Under the pieces are notes generated by a model. It saw only the letters and a list, made by a program, of their open reading frames with translations. It made no database searches and was not told the origin of the DNA. A program made the position numbers and the translations under genes. A DNA stretch of 64,000 nucleotides from a virus (Duplodnaviria; Heunggongvirae; Uroviricota; Caudoviricetes), in the IMG/VR virus record IMGVR_UViG_3300037418_003103; one strand, written 5' to 3'. Numbering within the stretch: position 1 is the stretch's first letter; each line of letters begins with the position of its first letter. Positions 1-8,873 of this stretch are shown in pieces.

Positions 1-2016
1 CACAGTGATGAAGCATATAGTACATTGTGGTTTAGAAATAAAAATGCTGCGGGGTGGACTAGTTGGAAAAAGGTTTGGTCTAGTTATGATTTCACTCAGA
101 CTGATATTAATAATTGGAAGACCTCATACTCAGCATCATCTGCCTTCACGTCTGGTTCTGTTATCTTTTCAAGTGGAAGTGGATTGACTCAAAACAATGC
201 TAATTTATTTTGGGACAATACTAATAATAGATTAGGTATAGGAACTAACACTCCATCATCAGGAACTCCATACGGAAATACCAAGGTTCACATATATGAT
301 ACATCTGGATCTGGCTCATCCCTAGTTATAGAAAATAGCGGTTCTACATCTTTATTGGGTTCTGAGTTAACTTTAAAGACTAGTTTTTCTTATAGAGGTA
401 AAGGGATAACAATGTATTCTACAGACTCTAATGCAGCCTGGGGTATTGGAGTTCCATATGGTAAACCAAATACGTTTCAAATAGGATATGTTAGTGATTA
501 CACTTCTCTAGCTTATAAACAAACAGAAACACTTAAAGGTCAAAATGAAGGAATTTTCCAACTAACAACGACAGGTAATCTCACGATTACAGGCGCAATG
601 ACTGTTCAGTCATTATCCGCTACAGGAACTGTGACAGGTTCAAATCTACTATACACTACAGGAAATCAGACAATTAATGGGATTGATACATTCACAAATA
701 TTCCTAACATTGGCATATCTAACACAAACTCCATTGAAAATGGAAGATATAGTCCTTTTTATTCAGCCATAGCAGCAGGAACTCCGCTTTATTTTGATGA
801 GGAGTTTGCTTCAGGAAATAATGCAATAAGCATTTATAATAACTCAGGCGGAACTGGTTTAACCTTTACTAGAGTATCCGATACTCAATCACCAAATAGA
901 AGCGGATATAAACTTACATTCACCTATGTTTCAGGAGGGCCTACGTCTCCTGGCCTAGGAGGCTTCGTTCCAACTGCATTTATTGTTTCAGCAAACAGAA
1001 CATATGTTCATAGATTTAGAGCTAAATTACCTATTGGATACTCTTTCGCATCAGCATCAAATGCTCTAGGCACTGGTAACGATGATTATTTCATAACGTC
1101 TATTAACGGCACTGGTGAGTGGGAGGAATACATGAGAGTGATAAAGGCTGGCTATGCAGGAACATTTTCTTCAAGTGGTCATATTTATGTTAACGGACCT
1201 ACTACTTCTGGAATGACATGGTACTTGGCTTCATCAAATATTTATGAGGTTCAAACAAGCTCAAGCGTTTATTCAAATGGAAGTTATGCTGATCCATCTT
1301 GGATTACATCTCTTTCAGCGTCTAAGATTCCTGGAATGAATCTTGAACAAGTATTAACTAATGGAAATACCACTACTAAGAGTGTCACAATCGGTGGAAC
1401 ATTAAGTTTTAGTGGAACTGGAAGTATGAATATACATAACGAAGCCTATGCCTTCAAGTCATACGAATTTCCATCAGCAGGAATGGTTTTCACTTACGCG
1501 CGTTACGGCTTTGAATTTAGAGACGGAGGTGCAAATACCATTGCTAAGATAGGAATACAGGCTGGTTATCCTAATTACTTCATTCAGCCACTTGGGGTAG
1601 GACTTACTGCCCCTACAGCCATGCTTCACATTGCTGCTGGAACATCTACTACTCCTTCATTGAAACTTACGTCTTCTACTCTGGTAACAACTCCTCAGGC
1701 TGGCTCAATAGAGTATAATGGAACTCATTTATACGCAACAATAGGCGTTAATAGGTATCAACTGGATCAACAAACAACAGGTTTATATAATTCGTCAAAC
1801 TTTGTAAATAAAGAATCTCCATCAGGTACAACAGATGGAACAAATGCTACATTTGTGCTTACTAATATTCCTGTACTTGGAAGCGATCACATCTACGTTA
1901 ATGGCGTCTTAATGGAAGAAAATTCAGACTATACCATCTCAGGAAAAACTATTACATTTTTAACAGGTGCTATCCCAGAAGCATCTGATAAGATACGAGT
2001 ATCTTATCAAAAATAA
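1..2016 (+). CDS. Tail fibre-like protein, 5'-truncated by the window edge
   Basis: Frame is open from base 1 (HSDEAYSTLWFRNKNAAGWTSWKKVW, a fibre-knob-type motif). G/S/T/N-rich, with WDNTNNRLGIGTNTP and LGVGLTAPTAMLHI fibre repeats and a C-terminal Ig-like segment (HIYVNGVL...DYTISGKTITF). Confidence 0.75.
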   Translation, partial: HSDEAYSTLWFRNKNAAGWTSWKKVWSSYDFTQTDINNWKTSYSASSAFTSGSVIFSSGSGLTQNNANLFWDNTNNRLGIGTNTPSSGTPYGNTKVHIYDTSGSGSSLVIENSGSTSLLGSELTLKTSFSYRGKGITMYSTDSNAAWGIGVPYGKPNTFQIGYVSDYTSLAYKQTETLKGQNEGIFQLTTTGNLTITGAMTVQSLSATGTVTGSNLLYTTGNQTINGIDTFTNIPNIGISNTNSIENGRYSPFYSAIAAGTPLYFDEEFASGNNAISIYNNSGGTGLTFTRVSDTQSPNRSGYKLTFTYVSGGPTSPGLGGFVPTAFIVSANRTYVHRFRAKLPIGYSFASASNALGTGNDDYFITSINGTGEWEEYMRVIKAGYAGTFSSSGHIYVNGPTTSGMTWYLASSNIYEVQTSSSVYSNGSYADPSWITSLSASKIPGMNLEQVLTNGNTTTKSVTIGGTLSFSGTGSMNIHNEAYAFKSYEFPSAGMVFTYARYGFEFRDGGANTIAKIGIQAGYPNYFIQPLGVGLTAPTAMLHIAAGTSTTPSLKLTSSTLVTTPQAGSIEYNGTHLYATIGVNRYQLDQQTTGLYNSSNFVNKESPSGTTDGTNATFVLTNIPVLGSDHIYVNGVLMEENSDYTISGKTITFLTGAIPEASDKIRVSYQK

Positions 2017-2025
2017 TAAGATTAT

Positions 2026-3555
2026 TTAATAGGTACCACCGTTAAGTACATCGAACTCTAGAAGAACATAATGTCCTGTGCCTGTTCCACCAGTTGACCC
2101 TAGCATCATGTTACTAACATTTGATTCCCAAAAAACCTTTGAATAAGCATCAGTTAAATCAACTGGAACATTTGTCTCAGCAATATTGAAGAACGCATCA
2201 GCGGACGCTGAGACGTTAAATCCATCTTGAATTGTTATACCTGCACCTAGAGCGGTTGTGTGGGTATCACCTGTCGGATTATAATTAAGAATAAGATTAC
2301 TATCCTCCACATATAATTCGCTTGTAAAAGCACTAAAGGCTTGTCCATAAACAGTAATGTTACCATTTACCACCAGATCACCAGTACCAGGGTTTGTTGG
2401 ACTACCACCGCTGCCAATAACCAATCCGCCAGTACCGATAACCGCTGAACCGTTAGGGCCAGTTGAAATATTCGCAGCTGTTAAATTACCGCTTATATTC
2501 GCGTTCCCGTTAACAGTAATACCAGAAAAATTGTCTATCGTTGTAGTTATGGTGCTGCCTGAATTATCTCTTAGGTTTAAAATATTTGCGCCTGAGAATG
2601 TTGCGCCTGTAATATGAATATCACCCTTTGCGTTCAATGCAGCCTGCACTGCATTACTTATAGGTTTGTTTAAATCACTTGTGTTATCCACGTTATTAAT
2701 CGCAAGCATTACTCTGGTGGTAGCGGTTGAAAGCACTTCAGGTACTCCAACACCTGCTGAATTTCGGCCAATGAAGGAAGCGGTGGCCATGTCAGCCATC
2801 TTAGCTAGAGTTACCTTGCCGTTCCCAATAGTAAGAACTGGATTAAGTGAAGTTGCACCTGATGCTGATCCTGTAACATCTCCAGACGGAGTAAAGGTAA
2901 TTGTTTGGTTTCCAGTAATAAATGCAGGCGCGCCTGTTACGCCGCTCCAAGGCATATTCGTTAATCCTACTCCGCTTCCGTAGAATGAAGTAGCGGTAAC
3001 CACTCCATTGACGGTGAGTCCAGAAAAATTATTAATAACCGTAGATATGGTGCCGCCCGTAGAATTCGTGTAGGTGAGTATGTTATTTGAAAAGGTACCT
3101 CCTGTTAACTTTGTGTCTGTAAATCCTGAGATAACAACACTGGGTTTATTGGTAAGGTTAAGAGTCAAGACTCTTGAACCATTATTAAATGTACCGCCTG
3201 TTATGTAAGCATCATTAGCAAGAATAGCTGATATATCATTTAAAACAAACCCACTTGTTGAGCCAGAAAGAAATTTGCCAGATAAATCTACACCAGTCTT
3301 TCCATCATAGTAAATGATCCTATTGTCTATTTTTAAATTAGATACGTGCGAACCCACCTCAAAGTAGGCAGGATCTTGAATTGAGGCCACATATGTTGTT
3401 GAGCCAGTTCCTGATATAAATCCTTTAAAATACAGCTTACCATCCGCCGTGTTTACCAACGGCTCGCCATTTAGTACGTTAGTTACCGAAGGTAGGGCCG
3501 CGCCAGATTGATTTGATTGTTTAGCTTGTATTCTTATATTTCTAGTAGCGCTCAT
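2026..3555 (-). CDS. Tail/virion fibre protein with Mtd/hyaluronidase-like N-terminal domain
   Basis: N-terminal LNGEPLVNTADGKLYF; repeated ITGGTF units; NVDNTSDLNKPIS fibre motif; ends LNGGTY; TATTTAT upstream. Confidence 0.7.
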   Translation of the reverse strand: MSATRNIRIQAKQSNQSGAALPSVTNVLNGEPLVNTADGKLYFKGFISGTGSTTYVASIQDPAYFEVGSHVSNLKIDNRIIYYDGKTGVDLSGKFLSGSTSGFVLNDISAILANDAYITGGTFNNGSRVLTLNLTNKPSVVISGFTDTKLTGGTFSNNILTYTNSTGGTISTVINNFSGLTVNGVVTATSFYGSGVGLTNMPWSGVTGAPAFITGNQTITFTPSGDVTGSASGATSLNPVLTIGNGKVTLAKMADMATASFIGRNSAGVGVPEVLSTATTRVMLAINNVDNTSDLNKPISNAVQAALNAKGDIHITGATFSGANILNLRDNSGSTITTTIDNFSGITVNGNANISGNLTAANISTGPNGSAVIGTGGLVIGSGGSPTNPGTGDLVVNGNITVYGQAFSAFTSELYVEDSNLILNYNPTGDTHTTALGAGITIQDGFNVSASADAFFNIAETNVPVDLTDAYSKVFWESNVSNMMLGSTGGTGTGHYVLLEFDVLNGGTY

Positions 3556-3569
3556 TTATTTCGTTTAAT

Positions 3570-3576
3570 ATAAATA
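3570..3576 (-). promoter_or_regulatory. Putative late promoter TATTTAT
   Basis: Recurrent motif, 14 nt upstream of the ATG at 3555. Confidence 0.6.
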
Positions 3577-3584
3577 TAAAATTT

Positions 3585-4208
3585 TTAATAAAAACCTCCC
3601 TGTAAGTTGTCATCTTTGAGAACTGATGTATTAGCATTTACTTCTCTAATGTAACCAACTGAATCAACTCCAAGACTTACTATCCTAGCATTAATTGTAT
3701 CTGAATTAATATTAGTTGATGTCCAGTAAGTTGAATTTCCAGAATAAGCATTAATTGATCTAAATCTACTGAATTGCGATCCAATATTTACACTTTTATC
3801 AGAGGAAGGAAGAATGTCCTTATTAAAGATAATTATATTTCCGTAAAAGACTATTTTAGCAGCACCTGTAGGGTCAGATATCGAATTAGTGGTTATATGA
3901 TTAAAATCAACGACTTCAATTCTAAGATCAGCGCCGCTAACTGAATACAAGGTTAGATAACCATCGTCAAAAGTACCGCCTGTAATATTTGAAAGAGATC
4001 CACCAGTATCTCCACTGATTCGGCCAACCTCTGAAACGCCTATTGGCGTATTACTTCCACTAGTAACTAGAGTGTATAGCTTTGCATCAACAATATTTAG
4101 AGCTAATTGGCCCAGAGTAAGTTCTGACATTTCAGGAACTACCTTAGCCACGTTAATAATCTTTATAACGGGGGTATTAAATTCCATTCTAGTGTCGATT
4201 ACAGCCAT
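3585..4208 (-). CDS. Short fibre/adaptor protein with Mtd-like N-terminal domain
   Basis: LTLGQLALNIVDAKLY, ITGGTF, ILPSSDKSVNIGS..RF fibre motif; ends LQGGFY. Confidence 0.6.
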   Translation of the reverse strand: MAVIDTRMEFNTPVIKIINVAKVVPEMSELTLGQLALNIVDAKLYTLVTSGSNTPIGVSEVGRISGDTGGSLSNITGGTFDDGYLTLYSVSGADLRIEVVDFNHITTNSISDPTGAAKIVFYGNIIIFNKDILPSSDKSVNIGSQFSRFRSINAYSGNSTYWTSTNINSDTINARIVSLGVDSVGYIREVNANTSVLKDDNLQGGFY

Positions 4209-4220
4209 TTGTATCTATTT

Positions 4221-7181
4221 TTATTGCATATATTTTAAGAAGGCAAACAATTGATCGCCCATTTGGTCATATCCACTTTGTGCTGGATGTACACTATTAG
4301 TATAAGTAGTTATTTGAGTTGTGTTTCTTGCATTAGCATTAATAGTTGATTGAAGCATATTATTTTCTCTATCAATAATTACGTTCCACGGAATTAAATA
4401 ATTTCCTGCTGTTCTTTCCGTGTTATTATCAAATTCTGAAATCAATCTTTTTTGCCATGTTTTAATATTTTTTGTGTATCGTGCTAATGTCTGGCCAGCA
4501 TTATAATCATGTCCAAACCCATCTTGTGAAATGGTAGGCATAATCGTAGTACAAAGTCCTATTCTTAATCCATTTACTGCACTTTTCATATTTGTAATTA
4601 ATGTTCGTAAGTTGGAAACCATAGTATTAATTACATTTGCTAGGTTTGTATCATTAGTTTGCCCAAACACATCATTAATTCCTAAATGAATGAATACCCA
4701 ATCATTTGAAGATAATGCTATGGAATTAGTAGAAAGATAGTTTGCAAAATCAAGGGAAGATGTAGAGCCATTCCAAAAAGGATTTAAATAATTTGTAGTA
4801 AATGATGAATAACTTATAGAAACATCTCCGCTTCCATTTACCTTTGTTATTGTGCCAGATACTAACGGAGTTCCACCTCCACTTGTTACAAAGCCTTCAA
4901 CATATCCGTTACCGTTTGTGATGGAAATCATTGTTACATAAAAAGTTAGACCATTGACAGAATAGTAGCTGCTAATTGTTGGTGCAACTGTTACACCAGA
5001 GACTATAAAATGATAGTTAATTCGTCCTTGCGTTGCAAAATCTGAAATTTGCCAGCCACTGTGTCCTTCATGTTTATTAGCGCCACTTCCTTGTGTTCCT
5101 TTAAAAGTTAAAGACATTACATCAGCGGAGTGTTCGGAAAGAATAATACTTAACGGTTGCCCATTTGCAAGTGTGCTATCGCCTACACCCAAAATACTTC
5201 TTGAAGTGCCACTCGCTGCATTTGCCGCAACAATATAAAGCGTAGTTGTGCCACTTGTTATTAATTGGCCCGCAAAGTAGACATCAATTTCCAATGAATA
5301 AGAACCTACATCAGCAAGAACAGGCGTTACACGATAAAATTTTTCATATTGTATTCCTTTTGTACAAATAATATCAAAATCTAACAAACTATTTTTTACA
5401 TTGGAATTTATAATGTCAGCAAAATAAATGTTTGTTTCTTTCCCTTCAACAGCGAATACTCTGGATGGCCAAATTACTTCGGCAGTAATTAAATTAGGCA
5501 ATGGCGTAGGTGTGGTTGCTGGAATCTTTGCAATGATTTTATTAGAAAAACTATCAGTGGGAAATGTTGATGGACTTACCAAACTTGTCTGCACCCATTC
5601 ATTCCTATCACCGCCAGAGGCTATCGTAAAAGTTGAGGGTGAAATTGTGTCGATATTTTGTGGAGTTGTTGTGTATCTATTAGCACCATAAATTGATGAA
5701 AGGTAAACGCCCAATGTTCCATATCTATTTGCAACTTGGTCAGCTTTCCAAAAAAACCAAATATTGCTATTTGAAGAATTTAAAACTGTGGTTGATAACG
5801 TAGCAGTAATATATTGGCTTGTACCTGAAGTTATTGATAAACCAGTTATATAACCTGTTGCTAAAGTTGAACCAGTTGGATTGTCCTGAACTATCCAGTA
5901 TCTAACTTTAGTGATTGGGTTGGCTGATCCTGTCATTGGTTCAACTCTAAATTTAATTGTATTAAAATTTGTTGGCTTACCTATTGGTGTACCCCATCCA
6001 CTAAAGGTTGTTGATAAGCTTTCAAATACAGCAGATGATTCAGGAAACGATTCATAAATATTGCTCTCAAATGGACCAACAGTAAAAACAGTATTTATAT
6101 TTGCGTTTATTGTAGCTAAATTACTTGCATTTGAAGCAATAGCTGTTGTGTTAGACTGAATTGTTGAAGAAGATGTTATTACTTTTTCAGCGAAATCTAT
6201 ACTTGGTACAATGGTATATGTTTCTAGTTCAATTTTGGTATATAAGAATAATGAGGATACACTTGGGTTTGCAATGTCATTCCAACTAATTGAAAAATTT
6301 TGATTACCGTTGGTGGTATAACAACATGTAGGATAACTTGGATAAGGATATGGATTTTGACTATTTTGTATACCCCACTCTGTAATGAATCCATTTGCAG
6401 CGTACATTAAAAATAATTGATCACCATTTGTATTTGCAATAACAGTATCAAATAAAACAGTTACAAGCTGTGTATCACCGCTTGCCATGTTTACAACAAC
6501 ATCCTTATTTGCAATGGTTGTTCCAGTTTTATTAACTGTTTTAATAACAGTTTTTATTAACGTTATGTTCTGTCTGGCGCCTATTTTTAATGTAATCTTA
6601 TTAAAATTCTTAGGATTTCCAATTGGCCACCCCCATCCAGAAAAAATATCAGTTTTATAGGTATCAATAGCTGAATTTATAGGAAGTGGTTCAGAGATCA
6701 GTGTGTCAACTGTCGCCTGTCCAATCACTTCAACAAATTTATTATCAACATCTGTTTTTGTGGCATAAGAAGCTAAATTAATAGGTATAATTACTTTTGT
6801 CCATGTGCCATTAATCTTTCTTAATTGCACCAATCCACTAGATGTATCTCCTGTTGTAATAATAATACCGCTAAAATTAGTGTATGTTCCAGCCTGTGAA
6901 ACATTATAAGTTGATATACCCGAAAGTGGCGAATCGCTAGGGCTAACATTACCAATACCAGCTGCCACTGAATTAATTACTGCCTGTGTTGCGGTAGAAA
7001 CTGGCTTATCTAAATCGCTTGTATTATTTATGTTACCAAGATCTAAATTATCCTTTGTAAGAACAACATTTCCTTCAGTATCAGCACTAACTCCATTAAT
7101 CTGTAAAACGACAGGTGTTAATTCGCTGCTATCTGTCAGAATCTTAGGTTCTATAATAAAAGTTTCATTTATATTTTTCAT
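4221..7181 (-). CDS. Virion-associated protein with C-terminal SGNH/GDSL esterase (putative polysaccharide deacetylase)
   Basis: SGNH blocks GVGDST, HEGHSGW, HLGIND, NSVHP; N-terminal fibre motif NINNTSDLDKPVSTATQA; located in the structural cluster. Confidence 0.75.
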   Translation of the reverse strand: MKNINETFIIEPKILTDSSELTPVVLQINGVSADTEGNVVLTKDNLDLGNINNTSDLDKPVSTATQAVINSVAAGIGNVSPSDSPLSGISTYNVSQAGTYTNFSGIIITTGDTSSGLVQLRKINGTWTKVIIPINLASYATKTDVDNKFVEVIGQATVDTLISEPLPINSAIDTYKTDIFSGWGWPIGNPKNFNKITLKIGARQNITLIKTVIKTVNKTGTTIANKDVVVNMASGDTQLVTVLFDTVIANTNGDQLFLMYAANGFITEWGIQNSQNPYPYPSYPTCCYTTNGNQNFSISWNDIANPSVSSLFLYTKIELETYTIVPSIDFAEKVITSSSTIQSNTTAIASNASNLATINANINTVFTVGPFESNIYESFPESSAVFESLSTTFSGWGTPIGKPTNFNTIKFRVEPMTGSANPITKVRYWIVQDNPTGSTLATGYITGLSITSGTSQYITATLSTTVLNSSNSNIWFFWKADQVANRYGTLGVYLSSIYGANRYTTTPQNIDTISPSTFTIASGGDRNEWVQTSLVSPSTFPTDSFSNKIIAKIPATTPTPLPNLITAEVIWPSRVFAVEGKETNIYFADIINSNVKNSLLDFDIICTKGIQYEKFYRVTPVLADVGSYSLEIDVYFAGQLITSGTTTLYIVAANAASGTSRSILGVGDSTLANGQPLSIILSEHSADVMSLTFKGTQGSGANKHEGHSGWQISDFATQGRINYHFIVSGVTVAPTISSYYSVNGLTFYVTMISITNGNGYVEGFVTSGGGTPLVSGTITKVNGSGDVSISYSSFTTNYLNPFWNGSTSSLDFANYLSTNSIALSSNDWVFIHLGINDVFGQTNDTNLANVINTMVSNLRTLITNMKSAVNGLRIGLCTTIMPTISQDGFGHDYNAGQTLARYTKNIKTWQKRLISEFDNNTERTAGNYLIPWNVIIDRENNMLQSTINANARNTTQITTYTNSVHPAQSGYDQMGDQLFAFLKYMQ

Positions 7182-8230
7182 ATTGTGCCTGTTAATTCAA
7201 ATGTACTTGTGCTTAAATAATCCTTATCAACCTTTACTGTTATTTGATCCTGGTTATGTACCGCAATTGGAGAAGTTATTTCTAGTCCGCTAAAGACTTC
7301 TATATTATTCACAGAAATTATTATATTATTAATATTTGTTATATTATTAATAGAAATAATACTCATACTATACTTAGAAGTAAATGTAAATTCTGTAGTA
7401 CTCTTTGGTTTAAAAATAAAATCGTAAACAATCGTGGTATCTTCTTTCACAGAACTAGATATAACAGGAAGAAGACTATCTGAATCAACTATTTCCATTA
7501 AATTAATGACTCTATTAATTGTTGGAACAATTTGAAAATCCTCTTCGTCTAATATATAACCTAGTAGTTTCAATTCAAAATTAACTACGTAGTATTTTCT
7601 ATGCTCCATGTCATCAGTTAGACTCTCATCTCCAGTACTTTCAGATACAAGCGGCAGTGGATGGCCCTTTACATTAAGATAAGCTTGCCTTGATTGAAAC
7701 GCTTTTCTAAACTTTGTGGTGAATGTATTCAGATCGTTTAATTTATTAGCAAATAATCTAACTTCGTAGCTCAGGTCAACGCTAGTTGGCTGGCATATTT
7801 TATATAGATCAATTCCCTGTCTAACCCCGTCCCACGTTGGAACTTTAACGTATGTATAGGCTTTCTTACCAGGTATATTCCATAATCCAGCTTGATTAGT
7901 ACCATCCTGAATGTCTGGCTTTCTCAAAATAGTAATAAATGGAATTGTCATGTTTTTGAATTCGTCGCTCTTCTCCCATGTATTTGTAAACTCCGTCCAT
8001 TTCTGAATAGTAAAGAAAAATACAGGCACAATATTTCCATTAAGTGTAAGGCTCAGTTCATTCTTAACGAATTCAATAAATGAAGTGTCCATATCCTTTA
8101 TTCCAATACTTTTGGGTAAATAAGTATCCTTATCTGTTATATTAGACAGAATTTCTTCTCTACGCTTAAGCCCCTCTTTTTCCTGGATTACGTTTATATT
8201 GCTCCTAAAACCTGGTGGAAGTCTTGCCAT
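7178..8230 (-). CDS. Putative tail completion/terminator protein (T4 gp15-like)
   Basis: Follows the gp14-like gene; IPFITILR and PTSVDLSYEVRLF patterns fit the tail-terminator fold; 4-nt overlap with the next gene. Confidence 0.5.
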   Translation of the reverse strand: MARLPPGFRSNINVIQEKEGLKRREEILSNITDKDTYLPKSIGIKDMDTSFIEFVKNELSLTLNGNIVPVFFFTIQKWTEFTNTWEKSDEFKNMTIPFITILRKPDIQDGTNQAGLWNIPGKKAYTYVKVPTWDGVRQGIDLYKICQPTSVDLSYEVRLFANKLNDLNTFTTKFRKAFQSRQAYLNVKGHPLPLVSESTGDESLTDDMEHRKYYVVNFELKLLGYILDEEDFQIVPTINRVINLMEIVDSDSLLPVISSSVKEDTTIVYDFIFKPKSTTEFTFTSKYSMSIISINNITNINNIIISVNNIEVFSGLEITSPIAVHNQDQITVKVDKDYLSTSTFELTGTI

Positions 8231-8240
8231 TTATTAAAGT

Positions 8241-8762
8241 TTATATAGCAGTAAATTCATTCTGATCTACAGGTGTGCAGGTAACTGTCCTGTATGCGGA
8301 TTTATATCCAAGAATTGTGTGCTCATTATCAAAGTCTTTTACACCATCATTTGCCACACTGTAAAATCTTATCTGTGTTTCGTTTATCGGATAACCAATG
8401 TAGTCTCCGAAGCTTATACTTGTTTTTAATTCTTCTAATTGTTGATTATAAACTACGAATGATATATTGCCATCATCAGTAAATCTTCCAGTTCCATTTG
8501 GATTATATGTTTCATTCTTAGGAGGTTCAAGGGTTGGAAAAACTCGTAGCTCAACTGGCGGATAGAACTTTATTCCATCTTCACTAGATTCACCATAAAT
8601 ATCATCTTTTTCAGAATCAGTTCTATTGACACGATACAGAATAACGACAAAATTTCCGTCACCCTCGATAGCTTCACGAGCCATTTGTTGTTCCAAGTCC
8701 CAATCGCTGGAACTGAACCACTTATTCATACGAACTATGGGTACTAAAGGTTTGTTATTCAT
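8241..8762 (-). CDS. Putative neck/head-closure protein (T4 gp14-like); start revised to ATG 8762
   Basis: VILYRV...DDIYGE...F motif. TATTTAT lies 12 nt upstream of ATG 8762, whereas the longer start (8855) would overlap the divergent helicase promoter. Confidence 0.6.
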   Translation of the reverse strand: MNNKPLVPIVRMNKWFSSSDWDLEQQMAREAIEGDGNFVVILYRVNRTDSEKDDIYGESSEDGIKFYPPVELRVFPTLEPPKNETYNPNGTGRFTDDGNISFVVYNQQLEELKTSISFGDYIGYPINETQIRFYSVANDGVKDFDNEHTILGYKSAYRTVTCTPVDQNEFTAI

Positions 8763-8774
8763 TTCGCTTTTATG

Positions 8775-8781
8775 ATAAATA
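8775..8781 (-). promoter_or_regulatory. Putative late promoter TATTTAT
   Basis: Recurrent motif upstream of the neck/tail operon. Confidence 0.6.
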
Positions 8782-8810
8782 GTTTGGGAATTGAAAATCT
8801 CGAAAGCCGC

Positions 8811-8841
8811 TTGACTTTTATTTAAAAAATGTTTATATTTA
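8811..8841 (+). promoter_or_regulatory. Putative early/host-type promoter TTGACT-N17-TATATTTA
   Basis: Same architecture at 12146, 26037, 49228 and 56655(-). Confidence 0.6.
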
Positions 8842-8873
8842 GTATAAAGAACCATTGTTCACCTTTAAATCAT

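Noticed and set aside
2026-4208. Diversity-generating retroelement suggested by the Mtd-like domains
   Set aside because: Only the N-terminal module resembles Mtd; no reverse transcriptase or adenine-variant repeat pair was seen in the window.
8763-8873. Overlapping divergent starts at 8855(-) and 8829(+) from the ORF track
   Set aside because: Both extensions run through promoter motifs; ATG 8762 and TTG 8874 fit better.
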